Shown: positions 1-9,980, counted from the stretch's first letter. The stretch is DNA of 64,000 nucleotides from a bacterium (GCA_963555815.3 CAUVWX020000001.1:1152001-1216000); one strand, 5' to 3'. Notes: generated by a model not told the origin, from the letters alone. Program-made: numbers and translations.

Positions 1-366
1 ATCGACCACCAGGACCCGGTCCCCCTGCTGAACCGAGTCCTCGTGGATCTCCAGCTTATCCGTCCCGTACTCCAGTTCGTACTGGGTCTTGATGGTCCGA
101 TAGGGGAGTTTTCCCCCTTTTCGGATGAGGATGACGCCGCAGTTGAGCTTGTAGGCCAGAGCGGCCCCGAAGACAAAGCCCCGGGATTCGACCGCCACGA
201 TCAGGTCCACTTTTTGGTTGATGTAGTGGTCCCCGATGAGGTCGATGGCGGTCGCAAAGGCTTGGCCGTTGGACAGGAGCGTCGTGATGTCTTTGAAAAG
301 CACCCCTTTCCCTGGGAAGTCCGGGACATCCCGGATCATGCCTTTGAGCTCTTGAGGCCCCAACAT
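1..366 (-). CDS. apt: adenine phosphoribosyltransferase (3' end outside window)
   Basis: Not in the ORF track. Manual translation from the ATG at 366 gives MLGPQELKGMIRDVPDFPGKGVLFKDITT...VAVESRGFVFG...IRKGGKLP...YELEYGTDKLEIH...RVLVVD, with AAGGGAG upstream as RBS. Confidence 0.93.
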   Translation of the reverse strand, partial: MLGPQELKGMIRDVPDFPGKGVLFKDITTLLSNGQAFATAIDLIGDHYINQKVDLIVAVESRGFVFGAALAYKLNCGVILIRKGGKLPYRTIKTQYELEYGTDKLEIHEDSVQQGDRVLVVD

Positions 367-385
367 GACGTCTCCCTTCGTTCTA

Positions 386-1117
386 TCAGGGTAAAAAGAA
401 GAGGGGGTCCCGGGGTGAGGTTCGATTTCGGATCTCAAAGTGCAGATGAGGACCCGTTGAGCGCCCTGTGCTCCCCACGAGGGCGATGGTCTCCCCTTGG
501 CGGACCTGTTGCCCTATCTTTACCAGATTTTTCCGGTTATGCGCATAGACGGTGTGGAAACCGCTGGCATGCCGAAGTATGACCATCAGGCCATACCCGC
601 CAGGCCCCCTGTCACTGAAGATGACCTTCCCCTCCTCGGCGGCCCGGATGGGGGTCCCGGCCACGGTGGCGATGTCAATGCCCTGGTGCATTTGGTGGCC
701 TCTTCGGCCGAAGGGAGAAGTCAGGGAGCCGCGAAGGGGCCAGTCGAAGTCTAGCTCCCCCGGGATGATCACGCTGGCCTCGGCATCGGGGAGGGCCCCT
801 CGAGGCGACTGCTCAGGCGCCTTTCTCACCCTTGCCTTTCTCGATGGCACCTTCCGGACCCGCCTGGCCCCTGGGATAAAGAGCCGGGTTCCCTTTCGAA
901 TCTTCCTCGGATCTGCAATGTGGTTCGCCTTGGCGAGATCCCGCACCTCCACTCCGTAAGTTCGGGCGATCCGATACAGGGTCTCACCAGGCTTGATGAC
1001 GTGATAAACACCTCGCCCCCGAAAATCTTTCTGAGACCCAAAGCGAAGTGACCCACACCCGGAGAGGAATGCGAGAACAAGAATGCCCCCCAGGAGGAGG
1101 CCGCGTCGCTCCCTCAC
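386..1117 (-). CDS. LysM + M23 peptidase lipoprotein (NlpD/MepM-like)
   Basis: Lipobox LSGC, LysM domain (YHVIKPGETLYRIA), M23 motifs HQGID and GPHLHFE. Confidence 0.9.
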   Translation of the reverse strand: MRERRGLLLGGILVLAFLSGCGSLRFGSQKDFRGRGVYHVIKPGETLYRIARTYGVEVRDLAKANHIADPRKIRKGTRLFIPGARRVRKVPSRKARVRKAPEQSPRGALPDAEASVIIPGELDFDWPLRGSLTSPFGRRGHQMHQGIDIATVAGTPIRAAEEGKVIFSDRGPGGYGLMVILRHASGFHTVYAHNRKNLVKIGQQVRQGETIALVGSTGRSTGPHLHFEIRNRTSPRDPLFFLP

Positions 1118-1152
1118 TTCCTATGCCACCTCCTCAGCGGAGGACCCATCGG

Positions 1153-1611
1153 TTATCCCTTGGAACAGGCAGCTATGGCCTGCTCAACGGCGGAGACGGG
1201 GTCCGTTGCCCGAGCCACCTCGTCGGGCGCAATGCGACAGCCAAGGCTCACAACGGGTTTTCCCATTTGGAGGGCGAAGGCCAACTCCGATAGAGTGCCG
1301 TAGCTTCCGTCCAGGGCGATGAGGGATCGCGCCGTCCGGACCAAGACCGCGTTCCGGGCATAGCCCATGCCCGTCACGACCGGGATGTCCACGTAGGGAT
1401 TTCCCTCTTCCGCTTGCTGTCCGGGCAGAACCCCGACGGTGAGTCCACCCGCCTCTTGGGCGCCCTTGCAGGCGGCCTCCATGACACCCCCCAGCCCTCC
1501 GCAGACGAGGACCGCCCCCCTTCGGGCGATCTCCCGGCCTACGTCGTAGGCCTGGGCGTAAACTTCTTGGGAGGACTCACTCCCCCCGATAACGCCGATC
1601 ATGGTCTTCAT
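1153..1611 (-). CDS. TIGR00725 family / LOG-like Rossmann-fold protein
   Basis: IGVIGG..., VCGGLGGVMEAACKGA, GMGYARN, GSYGTLSE. ATG at 1611 follows GAGGG. Confidence 0.85.
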   Translation of the reverse strand: MKTMIGVIGGSESSQEVYAQAYDVGREIARRGAVLVCGGLGGVMEAACKGAQEAGGLTVGVLPGQQAEEGNPYVDIPVVTGMGYARNAVLVRTARSLIALDGSYGTLSELAFALQMGKPVVSLGCRIAPDEVARATDPVSAVEQAIAACSKG

Positions 1612-2017
1612 CTCGCCCTCATCTAAGGGGCCGTTGTCCCCTTGATCTCCTGGACTCAACCCGGTCAGGGGACGAGCCTTAAACTCGCAGCTCCCTGCTT
1701 CAGGATACCTTCATCAATAAATCAGGCAAGGACAAGCCCGCGGTTAAATGTGGGTATCCGACCTTGACTGAGAATGATAGTGTTCGCTGGCAGGGGGGTA
1801 TCTGGAAAATCCCAACTTTGGGTCAGTATATCATTTGTGCTGCTCCCGTCCATCTCTGGAAAAAAGGTGAGGCATGACGGAGCCAAACGATTTGGTTAAC
1901 GAGGTTTGGCCCTATAGGTTTGTGAGACCACGGCGGCGACTTAACTTAAAGTAATATATCAAGTGTTGTGCGCTATCTTCTTTGATTATGCTGGAAATCA
2001 GCGCTTTCTATTTTGGC

Positions 2018-3688
2018 TCATCGGGTGACGGCGCCTTCGGATGCGGAGGAGACTAGGCGGGCGTACTTGGCCATGACGCCGGTTGTGTAACGCGCCGGCG
2101 GGGGCTTCCATTGGCTGAGCCGGTTTTTTAGTTCTTTATCTGACAGCTCAACCGACAGCGTGCGTGCGACCACGTCAAAGGCAATCGTGTCGCCATCGCG
2201 GAGAGCGGCGATGGGGCCGCCGACGGCTGCCTCGGGGGCGACATGGCCGGCCATGAGACCGTGCGTTGCCCCTGAGAAGCGGCCGTCCGTCAGCAGGGCC
2301 ACCGAGTCCCCGAGGCCAGCGCCCACGATGGCCGCCGTGACGCCGAGCATCTCGCGCATCCCGGGCCCACCCTTGGGCCCCTCATAGCGGATAACCACCA
2401 CGTCACCCTTGGAGATCTCCGCCCTCTGGACCGCTGCGAAGGCGTCCTCCTCCCGATCGAAGACCCGCGCCGGGCCCTGGTGGGTCATCCGCTTGTGACC
2501 GGCGGCTTTCAGGACGCAGCCCTCGGGGGCGAGATTTCCTTTCAGGATGACAAGCCCGCCGGTCGGCTTGATGGGATTGGAGATCGGTCGTACGACCTCC
2601 TGACCGGGAGTCTCGACAGCGCTCTTTGCCTCTTCCCCGATGGTGCGCCCCGTGACGGTGCGCTCGTCGGCGTTGAGAAGCCCGGCCTCTAAGAGCCGAC
2701 TGGCGACGAGGCGAACCCCGCCGGCACGGTGGAGGTCCGTGGCGACAAAACGCCCCCCCGGCTTCAGGTCGCAGAGGACGGGTACGCGGGAACTGATCGA
2801 GTCGAAATCTTCGATGGCCAGGGGGACGCCCATCTCTTGGGCGATGGCCAGGAGGTGCAGAACGCCGTTTGTCGAACCGCCCGTTGCGGCGATGGAGGCG
2901 ATGGCGTTCTCGAGGGCGCCGCGCGTGATGATCTGGCTTGGGCGAGAGTCGCGGCGAAGGAGATCCATCACTAGCTGACCCGCCTGGAAGGCGGCCTCGT
3001 CCTTTTGAGAGTCCATGGCAGGGATCTCCCCGAGCCCCATCGGAGATATGCCGAGGAGATCCAGGGCCGTGGCCATCGTATTTGCAGTGAACTGGCCCCC
3101 GCAGGCCCCGGCCCCAGGGCAGGCGCTGTCTTCCAGCTCCCGGAGCTCTTCCATCGTCATCTTGCCGGCGGCCTGGGCGCCGACGGCCTCGAAGACGTCC
3201 TGAATGGTCACATCCCTACCCTGGAACCGGCCGGGCTGGATCGAGCCGCCATAGAGCACGAGAGAGGGAACATCCAGGCGGGCGAGGGCCATAACGGTCC
3301 CCGGGTTAGTCTTGTCGCAGCCGGAGAGGGCGACGACGGCGTCGAAGTGATGGCCGCGGACAACAAGCTCAATCGAGTCAGCGATGACCTCGCGACTGAC
3401 CAGGGACGCCTTCATCCCCTCTGCCCCCATGGAGATGCCGTCGGATACAGCGACCGTATTGAACTCGATGGGCGTCCCGCCCGCCGCGCGGACGCCCTCC
3501 TTCACCTTGGCCGCCAGCCGTCGCAGGTGATAGTTGCAGGGCATCACCTCGATCCAGGTGTTCGCGATCCCGACGAGAGGGCGGGCGATGTCCTCGTCGG
3601 TGAAGCCGACCGCCTTGAGCATCGCGCGGGCCGGGGCTCGGGCAGGCCCTTCGGTGATGGCGCGGCTTCTGTGTTTCAGGGTCGTCAC
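2018..3688 (-). CDS. ilvD: dihydroxy-acid dehydratase
   Basis: PCNYHL, SDGISMG, GCDKT, CPGAGACGGQFTANTM, GGSTN, GPKGGPGMREM, TDGRFSG, GHVAPEA. Confidence 0.96.
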   Translation of the reverse strand: MTTLKHRSRAITEGPARAPARAMLKAVGFTDEDIARPLVGIANTWIEVMPCNYHLRRLAAKVKEGVRAAGGTPIEFNTVAVSDGISMGAEGMKASLVSREVIADSIELVVRGHHFDAVVALSGCDKTNPGTVMALARLDVPSLVLYGGSIQPGRFQGRDVTIQDVFEAVGAQAAGKMTMEELRELEDSACPGAGACGGQFTANTMATALDLLGISPMGLGEIPAMDSQKDEAAFQAGQLVMDLLRRDSRPSQIITRGALENAIASIAATGGSTNGVLHLLAIAQEMGVPLAIEDFDSISSRVPVLCDLKPGGRFVATDLHRAGGVRLVASRLLEAGLLNADERTVTGRTIGEEAKSAVETPGQEVVRPISNPIKPTGGLVILKGNLAPEGCVLKAAGHKRMTHQGPARVFDREEDAFAAVQRAEISKGDVVVIRYEGPKGGPGMREMLGVTAAIVGAGLGDSVALLTDGRFSGATHGLMAGHVAPEAAVGGPIAALRDGDTIAFDVVARTLSVELSDKELKNRLSQWKPPPARYTTGVMAKYARLVSSASEGAVTR

Positions 3689-3700
3689 TTGGTTTTCCTC

Positions 3701-5236
3701 TTACTTCTTTCGCTTCGCGGGCCTGCCGAGGGCGACCAGAAACATAACACTCTTGTCTCCCGCGTGGGGTGAAAAGAAAGCGTTCACGTCATCATCGAAG
3801 AAGGTGAGACCGGTGGCCCCGAACCCCTGTCCGTAGGCTGAGAGATAAATCTTGCCGCCGAGGATGGCGGCCTCCATCTCGGCGGCCCGGTAGCCCCGAT
3901 TTCCGAACTGCTCCAGGACCGGCTTCAAGTCCGACAGGAAATAGATATTCACGCTGGCGTCCGCTGGCAACTCCTGCCCAAGGCCGAGGTGGCCGGCCTC
4001 ACCGCGAAACTGGCCCTCCTTCAACTGTTCGAGGGCCCGTTCCTTGCCATGGAAGACATAGGTGCCGGCCGCAAGACCCTCGACGTCGTTCACGATCAGA
4101 TAAAGACTGTTGAGGCACGGTGAGGACGAGTTGAGGAAATCCCCCGGAATACCTCGGGTCGCACGGTCGAGGGCGGTCGAGAGCTGTCGGAAGGTGATGG
4201 GCTCCTTGGCAAACTCACGAGCTGATCCCCGTCGCAGGATGACATCAAAGATGGATTCTTTGGGGAGCTCTGCGTCGGTGAGAGACTCAAGGGCAAGGGG
4301 CTTCCCCGAGGGCGGGGGGGTTTTGGGGGATGGAATGGTGCCATGCCAGTCGGTTGCCTCTTCCTCGGAGATCAGCGAAGAGGCTTCATGTATTGCCCGG
4401 ATGGCCGGATAATCAGTCTCGCTCTTGGACAAGGGGAGGGTTTCCAGGCGAAGCGGGGTCACCTTCGGAGAGGGCGGAGGTGACCCTTTATCCTCCCCGA
4501 GGGGCACTAGAGCCAGGGCCACCTCCCGGTCGCTGTCGACCCCCAGGAGGGAGTTGACCTCTGTGTCCACAAAGCCGAGGACGACTCGAGACGGGACGTC
4601 ATGAGCGGCGGAAACCGCGAGGAGGTTCGCCAGGATTGTTCCGGAATCCCAGAAACAGTGCCGGTAGGCCCGCGCTTGGTATTTCCAGGAGTTTCGCCAG
4701 TAGGTGCTGGTGAGGGCCACGATGGCGGGCGCCCTCCCCAGGGAGGCCTCTTGTCCGCTTGCCCGTATCAGGACCGAACGGTGATCGCCTGCGCGAAGCA
4801 AACGGACTGAAAAATCGTGGGCGCCGTAGTGGTAGACACCGGCCTCAAGGCCGGGCAGGTCGCCGCAGATGAGATAGAGCTCGATGTGGTAAAGGGCTCC
4901 TGTGCAGGCAGCAGCCCGAAAGTACATCTTGCCTCCCGGGGAGGTTCGACTCTTCGTGATCCCGGCAGACAAGAAGAAGATCCGCGACAGGGTCTCTAGA
5001 TCGGGGATGCAACTCCCGTGGGATCCTTCGCCCGAGGCTGAAATGGCCGAAAGGGCCGACCCCTTCAAGGGGGCGCCCTCCCTGGGCAGCGGGATGGGGT
5101 TTAGCGTGGAATACACCTTGTAGGGCAAAGGCTGGTTCTCCCAGTCCAGATAGTGAGGGTTTGAGTAGAGGCTGGCTTGGGAGTGTTTGGTCTGGTTGTG
5201 ATACGTCCAGGTCGCTTCGAGGTCACGATTTCCCAA
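3701..5236 (-). CDS. SagB/ThcOx-family FMN-dependent oxidoreductase with two nitroreductase-like domains
   Basis: YHNQTKH, RAAACTGALY, WKYQARAYR...DSG, and a second domain RRGSAREF...RGYRAAEMEA...GATGLTFFDD. TTG start inferred from a GGAG RBS. Confidence 0.85.
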   Translation of the reverse strand: MGNRDLEATWTYHNQTKHSQASLYSNPHYLDWENQPLPYKVYSTLNPIPLPREGAPLKGSALSAISASGEGSHGSCIPDLETLSRIFFLSAGITKSRTSPGGKMYFRAAACTGALYHIELYLICGDLPGLEAGVYHYGAHDFSVRLLRAGDHRSVLIRASGQEASLGRAPAIVALTSTYWRNSWKYQARAYRHCFWDSGTILANLLAVSAAHDVPSRVVLGFVDTEVNSLLGVDSDREVALALVPLGEDKGSPPPSPKVTPLRLETLPLSKSETDYPAIRAIHEASSLISEEEATDWHGTIPSPKTPPPSGKPLALESLTDAELPKESIFDVILRRGSAREFAKEPITFRQLSTALDRATRGIPGDFLNSSSPCLNSLYLIVNDVEGLAAGTYVFHGKERALEQLKEGQFRGEAGHLGLGQELPADASVNIYFLSDLKPVLEQFGNRGYRAAEMEAAILGGKIYLSAYGQGFGATGLTFFDDDVNAFFSPHAGDKSVMFLVALGRPAKRKK

Positions 5237-5437
5237 TGAACTGCTCCGAAAGAAGGGCAACCTACTCTTTAATTTGGCCACTTTTGGGTATGGTGGCAAG
5301 AGGATTAAGGCGGTTGCCCTGTCCACAAAGGGGTCTCGGCTTCTCGAGACGGCAGGGGTTGCGGGAAGAGGCCCCGGAGAGTGAGAGGAAGAGCTTTCCC
5401 AGGGAGGCTGGAATGGTCGTTCCTGTCTTGGCCCGTT

Positions 5438-5956
5438 TTATTCAATCTTGACTACCTTGACGTCGAAGGTCAGCGTCTTTCCAGCCAACGGGTGGTTGAA
5501 ATTCAAGACAACCAATTCCTCCTTGATCTCGTGAACCCTGAAGCGCTGAAGCTTCCCTGATGGTCCTCGCGCAACCAGCTCCTCGCCCGGTTTCTGGAGA
5601 TCCTCCGGAACCAGCGCTTTCTCTACCTCCACGAAGGCGTCAGGATTGAGCGGTCCGTAGGCCTCCTCAGGCTCCAGGGTGACCGTTTTAGTCTGCCCCT
5701 CCACCAGGCCCAGAATGGCGGCCTGGAGGGCGGGGAGGAGCTGCCCTGAACCCTGGGTATAGGTGAGGGGCTCCTCTCCGACGTTGCTTTCAACCTCCGT
5801 CTTATCCGGGAGAGTGAGGGTGTACTCGATGGAAACCTGCTTGCCGACGGCCACTCCCTCCTGCGCCTTTGCGCTGTCTGCGACAAGCCAGAGAAATAAA
5901 GACACAAAGATGACAAGCAGCGGAGGGGATCCCGCAATTCGTTTGGGCAATCTCAC
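5438..5956 (-). CDS. FKBP-type peptidyl-prolyl isomerase (SlyD-like) with predicted signal peptide
   Basis: VSIEYTL...EPLTY..G..QLLPAL..., PEEAYG, NFNHPLAGKTLTFDV, preceded by a hydrophobic N-terminus ending SAKA. Start codon uncertain. Confidence 0.85.
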   Translation of the reverse strand: MRLPKRIAGSPPLLVIFVSLFLWLVADSAKAQEGVAVGKQVSIEYTLTLPDKTEVESNVGEEPLTYTQGSGQLLPALQAAILGLVEGQTKTVTLEPEEAYGPLNPDAFVEVEKALVPEDLQKPGEELVARGPSGKLQRFRVHEIKEELVVLNFNHPLAGKTLTFDVKVVKIE

Positions 5957-6081
5957 GGCCACGACTCCTTCTTCCGTCGTGTGACTAGACTCGCGTGAGA
6001 TGAGGCCTACGCAAGCACGAATAGGTCCGGTGGGTCTGTCAGGGTTTTCCTCATCTATAAGTACAGACGAATGTGAATGAA

Positions 6082-6480
6082 TCAATCTTCATGGAGCTTG
6101 ACGCTGCCTTTCACCGTGGCGCCGTCTTCCATCTGAAGCCTAGCGGCCTTCAGTTCTCCTTCGAAGTGAGCTGTTTTATCAAGCTTGACCAGCCCCTTGG
6201 CTATCAGGGTTCCTTTGAAATTCCCCCGGATAACCACACTCTCGCTCTGAAGATTCGCCTCGACCTTTCCCCCTTCTTCGATGCTCACCTGGTGTGCTTC
6301 CAGATGGACCTCGCCGGTCAAGGTTCCCCGGACCACGAGATCTCCTCTTCCTGTCACCTTTCCGCTGATGGTGATCCCCTGGCCGACCAGAGAGCGATGG
6401 GTTTCGGATGGATGGCGGGTGTCAGCCAGCACATCGATCAGAGCCCCGCCTTGGCTATCCACTTTTTTTTCTTCCAACAT
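6082..6480 (-). CDS. bactofilin (polymer-forming cytoskeletal protein)
   Basis: Beta-helix pattern SLVGQGITISGKV..DLVVRG.L.GEV...V.IRGNFKG...FEGELKAARLQMEDGA.VKG. Confidence 0.85.
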   Translation of the reverse strand: MLEEKKVDSQGGALIDVLADTRHPSETHRSLVGQGITISGKVTGRGDLVVRGTLTGEVHLEAHQVSIEEGGKVEANLQSESVVIRGNFKGTLIAKGLVKLDKTAHFEGELKAARLQMEDGATVKGSVKLHED

Positions 6481-6849
6481 TACGGCATCCCCCCTTGCAA
6501 TATCCTCCCCACCAAATCTCCTGTCTGACAAGTGTCAACCCCTCTTCCCAAGAGACCCCCATTGGCCTCATTAGGGGAGGGGGCAGAACCTCTTCCTGGG
6601 AGCAAAGAGGATTGTCCCTCTGCTCGCCTATATCGGCGGTCCACGCTGGGTTTGGTATTGCCCTGCCAGTCTACCTGATTTTCTTGCCCAGGGGACCTTT
6701 TGATGGGGCACAAGTAGGTTTCAGGTTCCGAGCGGATTGCGCTCAGCAACAGGGAGGGTGGATGTCACGGCGGATGGGGGCATGCCCGGAAATGGATGCC
6801 CAGCTTGGGCTCTACGGGATTCCTGGGTTTTCAAAGGCCCCAAAAAGGC

Positions 6850-6879
6850 TTGACAGTCGGGGGGTGAGCAGGATATATT
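6850..6879 (+). promoter_or_regulatory. sigma70-type promoter of first ASPIC/UnbV gene
   Basis: TTGACA (6850-55), 18 nt spacer, TATATT (6874-79), with an A-tract upstream. Confidence 0.6.
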
Positions 6880-7066
6880 CTAAATATATTTTAACCCTTC
6901 TATACGATGGAGACAGGGGGGGATATGTCCTTCCAAGCAGCAGCTCTTACCCAGGAAGACAGATGCGGGAAAGCACAAGGGTTTCAGGGAAGGGAGTCTG
7001 AAGCCTGAGTCACCAGTTTGTCTTGGCGCTGTAAAGGTTCAAAGTCACCCATTGGAGGAGACGGTC

Positions 7067-9325
7067 ATGGAGAACGGAAGGTGTCGTTGGATGGTTGCGG
7101 TCATTGCGGCCATCGGAGTTGCGGGGTTTGTCTACGGACACGCCGCAACGTCGGCACGGGCGGCGGGAGAAGAGACCCTTTCGCGAGCTGAGATCAAGCC
7201 ATTCATTAACGCTTCCGGTGCGATAAACCACGCCAGCACCTCGTGGGTCATGGAGACCATGTCAAATGGGGTGTGTGTGGGAGATTTCAACGGTGACAAC
7301 TGGGACGACCTTTTCTTTCCTAGCGATAACGCGCCCGACGCCCCTTCGGAGTTCTTTGCTGCGTTCCAGGACCACGACAACAAGCTGTACATCAACCGAG
7401 GGGACAAGGATGGCGATGGCATCCCTGAATTTGAGGAAGTCTCAACGGTCGCCGGGGTGACGGGTAAGGGGACCAAGGGTATTGGTTGCACCGTGGGCGA
7501 TTACAACAATGACGGCAGAGCCGATCTCTATATCACGGCTGGCCAGCGTGGGTTTGGCTTTCAAGGACACGGCGGTATACGGTTAGAGGGTGGAGAACGA
7601 GTAGAGATGCTCCCTACGGATGTCTTTGTTTCGGAGAGGACCGACGGCTTCTATGAGTGTGAGGGAGCAAACATCCTTTACCGGAACGACGGCAACGACG
7701 CCGCTGGTGTCCCGAGCTTTACCGATGTGACGGATGAGGCGGGGGTGGCTGAATGCCGGCACGGTTCCTCCGCCGCCTTTGCAGACATTGACCTCGATGG
7801 CGATCTGGACCTCATGGTCGGCAACTTTGTTGAGTCCGAGTGGTGGTTTTTCAACGAGGAGAACTTCAACGGCACGCGGGACACCCTCTTCGAGAATAAC
7901 GGGGACGGGACATTCACCGATATCACCGAGCAGGCCGGGGTGGGCGGCCGAAAGATGGTCAGCTATAGGTGGGAAGGCCAGAAGATAGCCGCCTTTAATC
8001 CTGACATCAAAGACTCAAAGGGCCGCACGGTGGGCGAAGATCACTCTACCACGCACGTGGTTGGGTTTCTGGACTATGACGGGGACCGCTTCCCCGATCT
8101 CATCTCTGTCTCTGACGCCCCTGGAGTGATTTCCATCTTCCACAACAACGGCGACAACACCTTTACCGATGTGACGGAAGCGTCAGCGACTGACATAGCC
8201 GGGGATTGGATGGGGATTGCCTTTGCGGACGTGGATGGTGACGGCGATCTCGATATGTTCAACTCGAACTTCGGTTCGGATTGGTTTACTAAAAAGAAGG
8301 CCTCGGATACGTATATGATCGCCGACGCCGGCGAGTTTAACCGCTGGGGCAAGGGTTCGCCCGCAAACAAGCTCTGGCGCTTCGACGGTGTCAGGGAGAT
8401 AGAAATAGATGGCCGGAAGGTTCCGGTGCCCATTATCGCCGACCTTTCGCGTTCCTTGAGTATCGAATGGGGTGAAGTCCCGCCGGCGACGCTTGACCCT
8501 GATCTGATTCTTCGCGACGAGTCATACTCCCCGATGGGCCTGGAGCACACGGAGTTCGGGTTTGGCAGCATCTTTTTCGACTTTGACAACGATACCCACC
8601 AGGACCTCTACTTTGTCGGCTCAATCATCCGCGGTTGCGGCGATACAAAATGCCAGCCACCGCCGGGCGGTGAGCGCTTTAACCAGCGTGGCCCTGGGCG
8701 GCTTCTGCAAAATCTGGGCAAGGAAGGCATGTATTGGCGCGAGGTGACCTTCGATACCCAGACTTTCAACATCGACAAGGAAGATTATCAAACCGGTGAG
8801 CGGGTTGCTTGGGATTACCATGAGCAGGGCCGCGGGGTCGCCAAAGGCGATTTCAACAACGACGGCTATGTTGACTTTGTGGTGAGCAATCTCGGGGGTC
8901 CCGACTCCAATCTTGCCGACACTCCAACCCTTCCAAACGGCATGAAGGAGTTCAGGCCCGGTCCCTCTTTCCTCTACATCAACCCTGGGTATGACAACCA
9001 TTGGCTCAAGGTGAGGCTGGAGGGAAACAAATCGAACCGTGACGGCATTGGCGCGCTCGTGCGCGTGACGCTTCCCAGCGGCAGGGTGCTCATTGAGCAG
9101 GTGACCTCTGGGACGAGCTACCTCTCGAACCACTCCTTCACCCTGATATTTGGCCTGGGCAAGGCCAGCAGGGTGTCGAAGCTCGAGGTCAGCTGGCCCT
9201 CTGGCGAGGTGGATTCCTTTACGAACGTCAGGATAAACCGAATCGTAAAGGTCACTGAGGGAGGAAAATTGGAAAGGGTCAATGTGGGGGGCACGAGCCC
9301 CAAGGGAAGCTCCATGATGAGGTAG
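7067..9325 (+). CDS. secreted CRTAC1/ASPIC-UnbV family FG-GAP beta-propeller protein (paralog 1)
   Basis: Sec-type signal, ETM..G motif, about 7 DxD/NxDG..D repeats with ENNGDGTF-type loops, and a C-terminal ASPIC/UnbV domain (NHWLKVRLEG..SNRDGIGA...SYLSN....FGLG...VSWPSG). GGAGG RBS before ATG 7067. Confidence 0.88.
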   Translation: MENGRCRWMVAVIAAIGVAGFVYGHAATSARAAGEETLSRAEIKPFINASGAINHASTSWVMETMSNGVCVGDFNGDNWDDLFFPSDNAPDAPSEFFAAFQDHDNKLYINRGDKDGDGIPEFEEVSTVAGVTGKGTKGIGCTVGDYNNDGRADLYITAGQRGFGFQGHGGIRLEGGERVEMLPTDVFVSERTDGFYECEGANILYRNDGNDAAGVPSFTDVTDEAGVAECRHGSSAAFADIDLDGDLDLMVGNFVESEWWFFNEENFNGTRDTLFENNGDGTFTDITEQAGVGGRKMVSYRWEGQKIAAFNPDIKDSKGRTVGEDHSTTHVVGFLDYDGDRFPDLISVSDAPGVISIFHNNGDNTFTDVTEASATDIAGDWMGIAFADVDGDGDLDMFNSNFGSDWFTKKKASDTYMIADAGEFNRWGKGSPANKLWRFDGVREIEIDGRKVPVPIIADLSRSLSIEWGEVPPATLDPDLILRDESYSPMGLEHTEFGFGSIFFDFDNDTHQDLYFVGSIIRGCGDTKCQPPPGGERFNQRGPGRLLQNLGKEGMYWREVTFDTQTFNIDKEDYQTGERVAWDYHEQGRGVAKGDFNNDGYVDFVVSNLGGPDSNLADTPTLPNGMKEFRPGPSFLYINPGYDNHWLKVRLEGNKSNRDGIGALVRVTLPSGRVLIEQVTSGTSYLSNHSFTLIFGLGKASRVSKLEVSWPSGEVDSFTNVRINRIVKVTEGGKLERVNVGGTSPKGSSMMR

Positions 9326-9351
9326 GTTTTTCCCACAGACGAAAGATTAGT

Positions 9352-9390
9352 GAAAACCCCGTCGATGTCCGGCGGGGTTTTCGGTTTTGT
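9352..9390 (+). terminator. rho-independent terminator
   Basis: GAAAACCCCGTCG-ATGTC-CGGCGGGGTTTTC followed by GGTTTTGT. Confidence 0.8.
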
Positions 9391-9710
9391 TAATAGAATG
9401 TTTCTGGGCCATCCTTAAAGCTTCTTCTCAACTATCTCCTTAATGTGTGTAAGCGAGGGGGGGGAGCCCCTCATGAGGAGCAAGGCGGGGCACACGAAGG
9501 CCCTTACTAAAAAGGAGGAGGGGTTAGAAAACACTTTTACGCATTTATTTCGCCATCTGGTTTCCCCCAAAGTCGACCCAGATGCGGCCGACAGGGGACC
9601 CCGTGGGTTGAGACGGCAGGTTCGAGCTGTGGCGTGGCGGGCTCTCAGGCTGGGCACTGTCCCCGGGGAATACTCCTCACTTCTATGAGATGAGCGCTTG
9701 GGAGCATCTT

Positions 9711-9729
9711 GGGGGGGGGGGGGGGGGGG
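9711..9729. repeat. G19 homopolymer
   Basis: 19 consecutive G in the intergenic region. Confidence 0.9.
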
Positions 9730-9980
9730 AGTCGCCTCCTCCCTCGGCGGGGTTCTGGAACGAGGAAACGGTTTGGTGCTTGGCTGATCGTCCCCGATTC
9801 AGACGGGGAGTGAGACGAAGGGGGGTGGGGGGGTGAGGAAGCACAGGTGGACGTCCCTCGAAGGGCTGTGCGGAAGGTGTGAATTAGCTTTTAGAACGTT
9901 GTGGATGGACGCTCGGCGGTGGGCGTCTGTGACGGGTTTGCAGGAAGACAAAAAATTCCAGACGCCCCTCAAAAAAGTGC

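Noticed and set aside
6408..7001. 197-aa + strand ORF and 89-aa - strand ORF
   Set aside because: They overlap bactofilin and the predicted promoter and show no domain features.
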